From Adineta vaga (Eukaryota; Animalia; Rotifera): a DNA stretch of 64,000 nucleotides. Under the pieces are notes generated by a model. That model did no database searches and was not told the origin of the DNA. It saw nothing but the letters and a program-made list of their open reading frames with translations. Location of the stretch: positions 6,200,001-6,264,000 of the forward strand of contig CP075495.1 of NCBI GenBank assembly GCA_021613535.1. Reading direction: 5' to 3'. Positions 27,140-40,400 of this stretch are shown in pieces. Numbering within the stretch: position 1 is the stretch's first letter; the number at the start of each line of letters is the position of its first letter. The translations under genes and the position numbers were made by a program.

Positions 27140-30100
27140 ATACACACTCCATAGATCATCTGTTACATCATCAAGAGCAGTAGGAGAAGAACTGACGACC
27201 GTTTAATAGAGCGAAGAAGAAATGGCACAATCTCATAATTAATATTTTTGTCTTCGTCCGATTTGTTGTTATTTTATGCTTCGATCATATAATTACGCTT
27301 CTTCGCTTGAGAGCGATACAAAGAAAGAGAATGACTTTTACTAATGAACAACAGATATAAGCAGCTGTTCGAATAAACAATGCACATGTCACGGACTTTT
27401 TTTTCTCATTTTTTTCTTCTTTACGTTAAATGATTGTACTAAAAACAATATACATCGATACTTTCTCATACAAACTGTAACATAGTTGTGTTGGCTGACA
27501 TAAGTGCAATTAAATCTAACAGCTGTGTGTTGTATGTGGGCAAAATTATATAATCAATTTTGATTTTTTGATCAAATTTCTTCAATAGGATCTCAATACT
27601 CAAACATTAATTCCAGCAAGTAATGGTCGAAAAGTTCCGGCATTAACAATATTTACATATGCATTACAATATTTTAAAGAACATGCTTTACGTGAACTTT
27701 CCGATCAATCAGGAACACGATTTGTTAATGAAGATGTTCGATGGGTTATTACAGTACCAGCTATCTGGAAACAATCAGCTAAACAATTTATGCGAGAAGC
27801 TGCTTATCAAGTATGTATTGATATGATTAGGATAAAAGATTGTTGAAAAAGAAATTTATTGAAATTATATTTCAGGCTGGTATTGCTTCACGTGAATTTC
27901 CTGAACAATTACTTATTGCTCTGGAACCCGAAGCAGCATCAATATATATACGTAAACTTCGTATGCATCAATTCGTTCCTGATGAAACACCAGCATTTTC
28001 TCGTAATACTGTACGACGCGATCATAGTTTATTTTCTTCTTCGATATCTGATCATTCATCAGCGATTCTTCTTGATCCAGAAAAATGTTCGTTATTATCA
28101 TAAAATGATTTTTCATAACATCTCATTTCTGATTCTCTTTTATAGTATTATCCGATCATAATGATATATCCCAACAACAAAATCAAACACTTGAAGTGCT
28201 TCTTGATCGTGGGACACGTTATATAGTTGTTGATTGTGGTGGTGGAACTGTTGATATTACTGTTCATGAATTAGATAATAAAATGGGTACATTGAAAGAA
28301 TTATATAAAGCGACAGGTGGACCTTATGGTTCAGTAGGTATGTACGATTCAGAAAAACAACTAAAAAGAAACTTAACGGAGATTTCGTTTTTTTTTGCTT
28401 ATTTGAAGGTGTTGATCAAGAATTTGAAAAATTGATGAGTGCTATCTTTGGTAATGAAATTATGGAAGAATTTAAAATAAAACGACCAGCTGGTTATGTT
28501 GATTTAATGATTGCATTTGAAGCACGAAAAAGAACGGCTAGTCCATTTAAAAATAACCCATTAAATATCTCTTTACCATTTTCATTTATTGATTTCTATA
28601 AGAAGAAAAAGGTAAATTGATTGATTTCAATTGATTATCATGCATGTTCCTTTATCTTTGTTTCTTTCTTTCTTTCTCTTATTATCTATCCAATATCAAT
28701 TGCTTGCGAGTTTATCTACATTTTCTTTCCTTTATCCTTCCCCTTCAAAGCACATTAGTTTTAGAGAGATGATTTATTACAAATTAGATACCATAAAACA
28801 CCTCTATATCCTTAGTTATTGTCGAGTCTTCCTTTGAAAACTCAAGTACGTGCCTATGTGGCCAAACTCAACAAGGTGGGAATGGATGTTTGATATATTT
28901 ATTTATAACTATATCTATCTGTGTATTTCGAATTATCATTTTTTTTTGTTCCTCGTCATATTTTTTAATATTATTTCTTGTTGTCTGCGTCTGTTTTCCC
29001 TTCATTTTTGTGTGCTTCAAAGCGAATCTTACTGTAGCTTTTCTTCCTGCACTTCAATTCTTTCATAAATATAGTAGCGTAGAGAAAGATTTTTCATTAG
29101 AAGAGAACACATTTTCCCTACTTCCATGCATGACTATTTGTCGCTTATAATGATCTGATTTTGTAGAAGTTCGAAGCATGATAGGAAAAAGAAGGAGATA
29201 TGATTCAATTGTAATGAAAGGAATTTTTCTCTAGGGTTCAACAGTTGAATCAGCTATTCGTCGTTATAATGATCCGGACATCAAATGGTCAACACAGGGA
29301 ATGATGAGATTAACACCCGAAGCTATGAAGCGTCTATTTCATTCAACTGTGGAAAAAATTAAAGCTACTATAGGCGAAGTATTGAATAGTCCAGATGTAA
29401 AAGGTATATCGAAATGTTATTTTATATAATTTCAATCCTAATTTTTATACTATAGCTATTCAATATCTTTTTCTCGTTGGTGGTTTTGCTGAATCGCCAA
29501 TTCTTCAACATGAAATTCGCCGAGCATTTTCAAATATATTGAAAGTCATTATTCCTCAAGACGTATCGCTAACTATTTTGAAAGGTATTAATTCTATTGA
29601 ATATCTTCAAGACAAAGTCTAGTTCATTTTTTTTTGTTTGTTCGTTTGAATAGGTGCTGTTTTATTTGGACTTGATCCGACCATTGTTAATGTTCGTCGT
29701 TCACGTTTAACTTATGGAGTATCGGTTTTAAATCGTTTTATACCCGATCATCATCCAGTAGAGAAAAGAATTATTAAAGATAATAATGAATGGTGTGCTG
29801 ATATATTCGATAAATTTGTACTTGTGGATCAATCGATTGGTCTTGGTGATATTGTTATACGAAAATATACACCAGCAAGACATAATCAAGCTCAATGTAT
29901 CATTTCATTTTATTGCTCGGAATCGGATAAACCAATCTATGTAACCGATCCAGGTGTGAGAAAAATAGGTAAAAATCAAAGATAATATTTTCTATTTAGA
30001 TAATGAAGAAAACGAAATGATCTTCTTTTTTTTTGTTTATTTAGGTACACTTGTTTTAGATATGTTCTATGATGGACATTCATCATCCGATTCGAAAATG

Positions 30101-30229
30101 AATACTAAAAATCAAAGACGTGAAATACAAACTCGAATGGTTTTTGGTGATACTGAAATCAAAGTGAGCGCACTCGATGTAACCACTGGCAAATGTGTTC
30201 GAGCGACAATCGATTTTCTAAATAAATAA
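26050..30229 (+). CDS. HSPA12: Heat shock 70 kDa protein 12 (HSPA12A/B-like), multi-exon; may start further upstream at 24928
   Basis: Motifs [90 protein letters not shown], and C-terminal [28 protein letters not shown]; GT-AG introns between ORF pieces. Confidence 0.93.
27104..27140. repeat. Compound (TA)n(TG)n microsatellite in an HSPA12 intron
   Basis: atatatatatatatatatatgtgtgtgtgtgtgtgta read directly. Confidence 0.9.
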
Positions 30230-31218
30230 TCTCCTCTTCTATTAACAGTATCATTGTATATACATATAAATGTATAGATATTTATATATTTAGAGAATCG
30301 CTCTCAGGGCATCTCTACACACATCTTGACATTACAGTCAAATTCTTGATCAGTAGAGAATGAACGAAAGAAACAAAACTATAATTTCAACATTTTTGTG
30401 TGATTGATTTTTCCTATTCTTCTTTTTCTTTTGTGCTTTAATTTCTTTTTCCTATTTGAACATGTAGACCGCTTTCTTCTTCTTTTTTTTGTCTATCTTT
30501 GTAAGCAATATGCATTTTTTCTTTTCTTTTCTTTTCTTTTCATCATTTTGCTATTGAGAGAAAAAGGAAAAATTAGTAGAATTTATTCGAAGTAATATTA
30601 TATGAACGTTCTTCTTGTTTGTTTTTATTGTTATATAAATATGCAATATGTTTTGTCGCACGTCTTCTCTCCTAAACATATTCATTTGTGTTTGTCTCTT
30701 ACTTATTTAATGTTTTTTTTCTCTCGCTTGTTTTTATTGGTTAGACAGATCATATTTCATTCGAATGAAATCAGAGTAACGAATAATGAAAAAGAAAGAG
30801 ATTTTATGATAAATATCAAACTTGATTGAAAACTATTCATTCTGGTAGATGTCAAGAACCCGATTAGACTTACTTTTTCTGTTTCGACCCCAATGATCCA
30901 AAAGATATTAACATAGACTAATTGTTTTTATCTATTTATGGCATCAAATCAAATGTAATTATTCGAGCGCATCTTCCAGACATGGATACATAATTCGATG
31001 ATCAGAATAACAAAACAACAAATTGTAGTACTCTACTATGATTTAACCTATAAACAATACCAGATATATAACATAGAAAACAAAATGTTTTGTTTGTTTG
31101 TGTTCTTCGAGCCATATTATTCGATAAACGAAACGTCCATTCAATCCATCGTTCGATATCCATCCATAAGTCACCAGATTAAAATACAGAATTATTTCTC
31201 GTATCATTCTTTTTTTCA

Positions 31219-31852
31219 ATGACAGATAATCGTGAATCAACATTAGCTTATTTTATGTCAATCACTCGTTCTCAACGAGATGATGCAATAGAATTTCTTC
31301 AAAAACATCAATGGAGACTTGATCGATCTTTAAATTTATTCTTCGAATATAATCATAAACAAGAAAAATTAAAGGTTTATTCAAAATCGATTGATGCACC
31401 ATATCAACAGTACGAAAATAAACTTCATGCTCGTGCTTTTGATCTTTTCCCCGTCTTATCTAGATCATCATCATCAAAAAAGATTATTATACCAACTATG
31501 ATTGAATTTCAGCGGTAAGAAAACCTTCTTACCTACATCTTTCAAACTGATTCAATTTATTCATAGATTTATTGAATCATTCGATACGAATACAATAAAT
31601 CTTCTTGAAAATTCTTCAAAAATGATGAATTTAGCAATGAAATATGCAACATGTAAACAATCGAATATTCCATTCGATCAAATTGAACATTGGAAAATTC
31701 ACTTAAAAGTTGATTATACTCGTTTACAAACTTTACTCGATAATGATATGTGTGCACCATTAGTTTGGATTGAACATTTTGAACATTTATTAAATGGAAA
31801 TATGTGTCAATTATTTGATTGTGATTCTATGTTTCACATCGGCGATCATTAA
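31219..31852 (+). CDS. Small protein with N-terminal UBA-like three-helix domain and unknown C-terminal domain; 2 exons (intron 31515-31566)
   Basis: FMSITRSQRDDAIEFLQKHQWRLDRSLNLFFE matches the UBA-like pattern at the N-terminus of TDP2/DCN1/p47; intron gtaaga...tcatag joins ORFs 31219 and 31502 in frame. Confidence 0.65.
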
Positions 31853-31932
31853 AGTTCTAAGTTATGTCTTAACAATTTTTTCGTTGTTTTGTTTTGTTTT
31901 CTTTATTGTGATTTAAAAATCAAAAATAAAAA

Positions 31933-32733
31933 CTAGGAAAGATTTTCTTGCCATAGAACACGTCCTTCCATACCACCATGTACCATAAGAACATTACCAG
32001 TTAAATGGCCAGCCGTTTTATTCGAAGCAAAAAATAAACAAGCTTGAGCAACATCTTCAACTGTTGCCACTTTTCGTAATGCTGTTGTTCGTAATGCTTT
32101 TAAATGTTTACCTTGTTCAATAGAACTTTCTGCCAACGGTGTTCGAGTCCAACCTGGTGCCACTATATTACATCTTGCATGTGGAATTATATTGACAATT
32201 TCATTTTTTAAAGATTTTATAAAACCTGATTGTAATGCACCTTTACTACTCGCATAATCTAAATGATTAGCTTCACCAAATTTACCTGCTGTAGAACCAA
32301 TAAGAATTAAACTAGCATTAAGATCATCAATATTTGTTGTTGGTTTTAAACGTCTTAATTGTCGACACCATTCACGTGAATAGAGAAAGTAAGATGTTAA
32401 ATTAGTATCCATTGTATGTTGCCATTGTTCAAGTGACATATCCCAAATGGGAATGTCTTCATCGACAAAGATAGCATGATTAATAATACAAACATTAATC
32501 AAACCAAAATGTTCACAACTTTGTTCCATACCTTTGATTACAGCTTGTTCATCATTAGCATTTACAGAAAGAGCATAACATTGATCAGTAAACTGATCTA
32601 ATAATGGTGTGAGTGTGTTTTGCGTACGATGATAATGTAGAGAAACATTAGCACCTTGTTCTAGAAAGAGTCGTGCTATTGCAATTCCAATTCCACCAGC
32701 TGCACCGGTTATGAGAATGTGTTGCCCTTGCAT
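31933..32733 (-). CDS. Classical short-chain dehydrogenase/reductase, 266 aa, no intron in the CDS
   Basis: TGAAGGIG nucleotide-binding motif, IGS catalytic Ser, YASSK (YxxxK), NIVAPGWTRT, and LTGNVLMVHGG C-terminal motif. Confidence 0.93.
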   Translation of the reverse strand: MQGQHILITGAAGGIGIAIARLFLEQGANVSLHYHRTQNTLTPLLDQFTDQCYALSVNANDEQAVIKGMEQSCEHFGLINVCIINHAIFVDEDIPIWDMSLEQWQHTMDTNLTSYFLYSREWCRQLRRLKPTTNIDDLNASLILIGSTAGKFGEANHLDYASSKGALQSGFIKSLKNEIVNIIPHARCNIVAPGWTRTPLAESSIEQGKHLKALRTTALRKVATVEDVAQACLFFASNKTAGHLTGNVLMVHGGMEGRVLWQENLS

Positions 32734-33129
32734 TTTACTTTTCTTTTTCTAGGTATGAAAACAAAGATAAGATACAAAACAAAACAAAACAAAAATCTCT
32801 CCTGTCATTTTGTTACATTTGAAAACACGAATCAAAATTCTTAATTATAAATTGATTCGATGGAGAGAAAGCTAGAAAAAACATCCACGAGTTAGATCAA
32901 ATATAAAATCATTCAAAATTAATCAATAATTTTTCAGAAATCAAATTTGTAAGAGACTGAATAAAGAAGTATATATGAAATCGAAAGATGTCAGATTACT
33001 TTGTACTGAGTGACTTTATTGCATTTTAATATAGTTTACTTTTACAATTCGATCAAAAAAGTTCATATTTTATAGTATTCTTCGTAAAACGATAAATTTA
33101 TTAAGACATTCATTTTAAAGCTAAAGACA

Positions 33130-33998
33130 GGTAATATTCATGGTGGAGTACGAATTGTTGAGAATCCAGATGAACTTTATGAATACAATATAAATGTTTG
33201 ACCACCTATAAGTAGAATGCTGATTAAATTATTGTTAATAAAAATGACTTCTCTATTTTTTTTTATCTATCTACAACATAAACCAGTACCAGCCACATCT
33301 CATCCTGAAAAATTACATGAAGAAACAGCATTAACAAAAGATTTTCCATTATATCGTAAGTTACATGATTATTACACAAATCAAAGGAAAACGAACTCTT
33401 TCATTGAAATTTCTAGTTTCATCATCATTGAGTTTTGAATATCCAGCTAATTGTCCAAATCCTCTTGCTGGCTATATACATATCAATCCCAATGATCTGT
33501 TTAAACAAGATTGTATTCTATCATGTACTTCACTTTGTCTGTATGTCATTCAAGGGCATGGTACAACCAAAAGCAGCTAGTGAAGACACAGCCTTCTATT
33601 ATGTACATGATGGTCCCTTATTGAAATATCTTCCAGTAATACTATCGAATAAAGCATTTTCTATCACTGTTTTTCGAGATCAAGTTTCGAAAGATAAAGT
33701 TGAAAGTATTCGATAAAATCCTGGTAGTGAACATGCGAATAGATTAGGAACATTGATTGGAAATTCTAAAATAAGCGAAACAAAATCATTAACACACACA
33801 CATTATGAGCATTATTAAATTTTTTACCAGTCAATTCTATGCAAAAAAACCTCATCGGTAATTTCTCATTTTTTTTCATCAAATGTATTTATTTTCATTT
33901 TTATTTTCTTTCAAAAAAGACATAACGCATCTAAAGATAAATGTTATACGTTAATTGGAGATGAATTAGATGAAGATGCAGGTCTCGCACTTCATCAG
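33130..33998 (+). pseudogene. Decayed cupin-fold (gentisate-dioxygenase-like, microbial-type) gene
   Basis: Fragments in order: ELYEY, EYPANCPNPLAGYIHINP, LYVIQGHG, AFYYVHDGPLLKYL, ANRLGTLIGN, TKSLTHT-L*ALLNFLP, QK-PHR. In-frame stops at 33714-33716 and 33806-33808, frameshifts and an internal deletion near 33570. Confidence 0.65.
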
Positions 33999-34256
33999 GT
34001 AAATATTATTTTTCTTTTTATTGATTTTTATACGACATATAAATTCATTTTTGTTTGTTTTTGCAAAGAGTCTATATGATATTTGATTTGCTGATAAAGA
34101 ATGGAAATATTTTACATGATAAACATGCAATTAAAAGTATTATATATTGATTTTATCATTGATTGATTCAAAGTTTTATTGGAAAAATAATAAATAAAGA
34201 TTTGAGAAAATCGATATATTCATAAGTAAACGAAAACGAAAGATCCATGTTTTATT

Positions 34257-36628
34257 TTAATGTCGAGTATATAGATAATCTTTGACTTCTTCGACCATGA
34301 AATTTTTAGTTTTACTTAATAAATTCATAACTGGATGTTTAGCAGATAATGTTCGACCAGCTGTATCTTCCGCTCGTTCTAAGAATTCTTTTGCCAAGTC
34401 CATATTTCCGCGATGTGCATGAACAACAGCAAGATTATGTAATGTACGTGCTATATCAGGATGATCACCAGGTAATGATGCTTCTTGTAATTTCAATGCT
34501 TCTTCATATGCAACAAGAGCTGCATCGTAATCACCAGCAGATAAATAGACATTACCGAGATTCACTCGAGGTAATGCACGATTAGGATGTCCAGGTGGAA
34601 GTGATCGATCATAGATTTTCTTTGCTTTTGTATATCGAACTAATGCTCGAGAAAACTAACAAAATAAAACATAAAGAAACAGTTTATGAAGTCTTTTTTT
34701 CTCTTACATCTTGTCGTTCACAATCGATAGTACCCAAATTGATCAATGTTCCAGCGACGTCAACATGTTTTTTTGGAATATTTCTCTTGTACAATTTCAT
34801 TGCTCTTTGAAAGCATTCTTCGGCTTTTAACTGTCTTCCTTGTTCACTATACACAACACCAAGACCATTTAATGTCTTTGCAGCACTTGCTGCACGTTTT
34901 GGCCGAGCATTCATATGTAAATTATATGCACGAGTATAACTATTAATTGCACGACCGAAATCACCTTTCAAACGATGTGTACGACCAAAATTAAAAAATA
35001 TACAAGCAATTTCTTCATCATTCGGATTTGATGAACTCAGAATTGTATCGAAATATCTTTCAGCTTTGGCATATTCACCCATCTCAAGAAGTAAATTACC
35101 AAACATAAGAACAATGTTTGATTCCACCATCTTTTTCTTTTGATATTCCATATATTCAGCAGCTAAATCAGCACCTTGATCCGTTGCATGTACTTGTACA
35201 CGCCATAGATCTTCGTCTTCATTGAAATAACATGCATCAATTTGAAACGATGCTCCTATAGAATAGAAAAGAAAATGTACATATTTCATATAGATTAAAA
35301 TCTATCATTTCTTACCGATATCAACTAAAACTTCTGCTTCTTCTGGAAACGCTGAATATTCACGAATATCAGCGATAACAATTTTTTTAACGCTTTCTAA
35401 ATCTACAGCATATTCGAATAAAGCTCGTGCAAAACCTTCTCGTTTTGGCGATTTAGTAGCAAAACCAAAAGCTACATCAAATTCACTACTAGTTGATAAA
35501 TATCCATTCGTAGAAATTAAATTTCCGATGCTTCTTTGAAAATTTTCAACTTCATCCGCACTTAATCGTGAACCACGATATAATTTTAAAACACCTTTTG
35601 TTTTTTCTTTCAACACTGCAAATTTCAATTCCAATTGTTTACATAAATCCATAATATAAAAACGAAATTGATATAAGACATCAACATCTTCAGTACGAAG
35701 AGCTTTGTTAATAAATCTAATAGAGAAATATACACTTATTTGTCGTATGTTTTCAACTGATAACATACTTATAAACAAATGTTTCTTTAGTATACCACGG
35801 AATAGCTTCGGCAGATTTATAAGTTTTTTCGAAATCATCAATATTGTTTAATTCTGTTATATTACCACGATAATAATTGCGACATGTTGTAACCATAGTT
35901 TTTTTAGCTTCATCAGTACTAGGCATTTGTGTTAAGACAACTTTGAACAATTGAAAAAATAAGAATGAACCAGCTTCTTTGGAAAGATCACGTGTTGCCT
36001 TTTCTTTTTTATTATACATACTAAATGCTTCAGTTTGTTTTTCAAGTTCTTGACGAGACTTTTTAAGACGATCAGCAAGAGCAGATTCATTATCACACCA
36101 ATTGAGAAGATAACTATGTGTTTGTTGATTAAACTCATTAATTGAATCTGCAGCTGGTGAATAAACAAAGACGGAATCGATTTGTTTTAACGGTTCAATG
36201 GCTTCAACAACACCAGATGGTGGAGCATCATCAATAAGAAAAAAGAATTTGTTTGTCAATGGTGTAATATATTCCACACATTCGGTGATGTCAGTGAATG
36301 TCTAAAAATAATCCATTCAATATATAGTATCAACTTAATATGAGAAAGTACTGACTTTAACATCTTTATCTACTGTTGTAAGTATATCGATCACATTTTG
36401 TTTGGGTGCTTGACATACGAAATAGACAACGCGTGTTGTCTCGATATTGTTTGCTCTATCGTCACCGGGACGACCTCCGTCTCGTCCACCAGCATCTCGT
36501 CCATCACCATCGCGTCCACCACCATCACGGCCACTTCGTCCATCCTCATCTTCTGCTGCATTAGGACGTCCACCATCTCTATCACTTCGTCTGTCGTTTG
36601 TTTTAATATATTTTTTAATATTAAGCAT
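34257..36628 (-). CDS. Receiver-like domain + R-S-E mono-ADP-ribosyltransferase + TPR array (ART-TPR gene 1), 5 coding exons
   Basis: WYTKETF...INKALR, KLYRG, YLSTS and PEEAEVL ART motifs, followed by TPRs (AKTLNGLGVVY, AGTLINLGTI, HPDIARTLHNLAVVH); four short GT-AG introns (e.g. 36302-36355). Start codon is tentative. Confidence 0.88.
36462..36595 (-). repeat. Arg/Asp/Gly low-complexity repeat (GRDGGGRDGDGRDAGGRDGGR) at the N-terminus of ART-TPR gene 1
   Basis: Locally GC-rich imperfect 15-nt units translating to G-R-D-G/A-G/D. Confidence 0.75.
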
Positions 36629-37399
36629 GTTCACATACGCAATGAAAAATGACAAATATATTGATGATTTGTATCGACTCGCACTTTTATTCGCTTTTCT
36701 CACTGGTAAACAATTGCAATATTAAACGATATGCATGAATGATCAAAACGATTTCAAACGATGAGGAAAAAAAGAAAAACTATCATATTGCGACATGTTT
36801 TTCTTATTCATACGATGATATGATTGAAGTAAGACCAATCCAAAATGAGAAAAATATTTTATATTGTGCACAATTACCTAATATAGTCTAGCACGTGTAT
36901 CAATCAAAATTTGATAATTTGCTAGAATAGTCTATGAAAAAAAAAGTTTTATCAGAGAATACGAAGGTAACGTTGTTTTTGCATTTCTACTCAAAAGGAT
37001 AAAGATCTGTCAGATTACTAGCTAACTCCCTTCATTAATCATAAATCTTGATATTCAAGTGTATAACTGACAATTATTTATTTTGAAGTATTCTTTTCAT
37101 AAGAGCTACATATCTGACTGTATATAAGGTTATCACGACAAACAAACTGCTGTATGTTATCGGTAATTAAATCAATTAGTTACTTATAAACAATCAAAAA
37201 TATTTGTTATGTAATTCGAGCATTTATTTCATGTGTATACAGAATAACACAAGAATATATTAAAATTCAACCGATGATAGCGTCATCTATTTTTGATTTG
37301 CCATATACTTATAATGAACTAAAAATAAATAGGAACCTTATAGAACTGGTTATATAATTATGAGATTTCTCTAGAACAGACGTGATTATTTACCATATA

Positions 37400-37412
37400 G
37401 TTGCTAAGTAAC
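37400..37412 (+). promoter_or_regulatory. RFX-binding X-box upstream of CFAP69
   Basis: GTTGCTAAGTAAC, a 13-bp near-palindrome fitting GTNRCY-N-RGYAAC, ending about 75 bp before the CFAP69 ATG. Confidence 0.7.
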
Positions 37413-37486
37413 TAAATCGTATGAATTGTAAATGGCATGAATCGATGGCATATTTTCAAATTGTTATTTGCGTACGTTAATGAAAG

Positions 37487-40400
37487 ATGTCAATATTTAC
37501 CGTACAGCAAAAACAACAACAACAACAATTTTCGGTTAGCAAAAGTTGTAGTCTTCCACGAATACCACAGAATCGTTTACCTGTTGTTCATATATTAACA
37601 TCCCGAAGTGAACATGCTGATGAAAAAGTTCGTGAAAGAAAATCTCTTCACAACATGTTCAAAATTCATATGCATTCCTTATTTTTAGAAAGAAGAACCA
37701 TTTCAATTTGAGAAAGTCATTCGATTTTTTCTCGATCCTCATACAGTAAAATCACATGAATATTTTAATAAAAGAAGAAAATTCTCCATCATTTTATTTT
37801 GCAGTCACATCTGGTAGATCGACGCTTACGATTCTGTCAAAAATTATATCGAAATCATAAAAATGGATACGTAAGAATGTGCATTCTCCAAGTGCTCATA
37901 TAGGATAGGAAAGATATAAAAATTTAATTTTAGATTCTAAAAGATTTACCAAACCTAATGAAACTCTTAAATATTCTCGCAGATTGTTGTGAAGAACAGC
38001 CACTTTATATCAATTCATTCATTGATATTCTAAAGAATTGTTCTAAACCGTTTCTATTGGATAAATCAACAGATGCAGAAATCTATTCATCAGCATTAAT
38101 TGCTTTCTGTTCGGATTTTGGTAGTATATTTATTTTGTTTCATAATTCTAAGTAAATGATTATATATTTCTCTTTAGGATATCTTCTTCGTGTACCAAAT
38201 AAACGTATTCAACAATGTATTCTTGAAACACTTTATAAATCAATTCAGTCAACAAATAAATCGCCTATAGATGACAATGATTATGATGGTTTAAGACCAA
38301 TAAAAATTGATTATCTATTGAAAATCCATTGTTACAGTGATCTTTGTGAAACACTAGTTAAAGTAAGGTTTAAAAGAAAAGAGTAGATTATATATAAATA
38401 TATACCATATTCTCTAGGCTATGTCGTTTTTCGAAGATGATTTAACACTTCGTATTCAAATAGTAAAACTCTTACAGATCTATTCGTCAAAATCTCGTAT
38501 GTAATCTGTTAAAATTTTGTTTGCTTATTTCATATGTTATTTTCTAGCGGATTGTGTTGCAAGAATGTTAACTCATGATTGTATCAATCGTTTAGTAGCA
38601 AAAATGAATGATACTGATCCAGCAGGAGAGTAAGAGAAATACTTTATTTACAAGACATTGTATATGAATTAGATAGGTGTTTTTTTAACAGTTTTTGTTT
38701 AAATTAAAAGATATATCTATCTTTGCAATTGTTTTTAGACTCTTATTTCGTACAACTGAAGTATTATGGAATATTCTTGATCTTGGTGATGAAGAACAGA
38801 TTAGTGAACAATTAGATTCACGTGTAACAATAAGGTTCATTATCAAATAGATAATTCTTTCTTATTGTTAATAATACTCATATTTAGTCTTCTACAAGAA
38901 GCTTTCATTGGTCAAGTGACACAAAGTCATAGTCAATATCATTGTCAATTAAGGTTTTCATTTTTTTTCAATAAAGAAAGGCAAATCGTTCAATTTCAAA
39001 CATATCTTTAGAAATGATCTACTTATTGTTTGTTCACTTATTATTAGTATTAAACCCGATGCTCCAGGTAAAAACATCATATTAATCGTACTTTCTATGA
39101 CATTCTTTCTTTTTTTTCTAGTTATTGAAACCGGTTTTGCTAAGCAATTACTTTTACTTGCTTCTCATCCTGAATGTAAGTCTATCTCAAATTGTCATTT
39201 GTTTTTGTTTTGGTAAATGATTCTCACTATTATTCTTTAGTACGTAGTAATAATCCATTGCTGAAAAATTTAAAAATCACTGTATCTCAAGAAGATTTTG
39301 AATTCAAAAAATTACTAATTAATATCGTTGTTTTACTCAGCCGTAATCCGGTGGTGAATGATGTATGTCTTAGTACCTTTTTTTTCTAAATTTCATTCAA
39401 TAAAAAATTGATTCATTGATAGTTAATAACGAATAGTCGTGTTTTACTTGGTTTATTATCTTATATTGAACCATTGCCAAGAAAAAAGAATCAAGTGATT
39501 AATACTTTTGAATGGTCTTTATCTCAATTGGAAGAACTTCAATTACATGCAATTGCTGCTCTCTCAATTCTTTTACCACGTTCATTAAATGAATATTTTG
39601 AGTATCATACAAGTACAAGACTTTTATTATTTTATGAATGGACAATAAATGATGGTGAGATATGTTCGATGAGAATAGAACAACGACAACAATAACAGCA
39701 ACTTTCTTTTATGAATGATGTGAATTATTTGTTTAGAGGTATTTCATTGTCAAGGAAATGGTTTTTTTGGTAAAGGTGGTCGAAATAATAAACGATCACA
39801 ATTAAAATATATCATGCGATTATTTCGAAGTGTTATTTCTGCAAAAGATGAACGTGTTTTCTTAGATTTATGTGATCAAGGCATGATACCATTGCTTACT
39901 GGTTCGATTGAATATTATTATATTTTTTTTCATTAATAGATTGACTTTCTTTCTTTTCCTATAGGATATTTAAAACGATTAATTGAAGAAAAAGTTAATC
40001 AAATCGATTATATGGATATAGATGTTCTTTGTGATGGATTATTTATTTTAAGTTGTCTAGCAGAATTAGATATTCATAGAAAAGTAAGATTTTATTCTCT
40101 TTAGAGAATAATACCGTTCTGTTTTGATTAGGAAATCTTTGGTTCTGAAGGTATTGAAATTTTAATTAAAATTCTCGTTATCGAATCATCTCATGTTTGT
40201 GGTGGTCTTGGATATTATCGATTACTTGTTGCTGCCATTGATTGTATTTGGTGTTGTGTAGTTGGTAGTGTTATTAATGAAGATGAATTCATTCAAAAAC
40301 AAGGTCTTTTTGCTTTACTTGATTTAATTGATGTACGTTATCATTCGATTCGTTTGTTATTATAAAATCTTTGTTTTATTTTCTTCTTCTCTATTTACAT

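Noticed and set aside
28631-30829. Phe/Leu-rich ORFs resembling membrane peptides
   Set aside because: T-rich intron and 3' UTR sequence of HSPA12.
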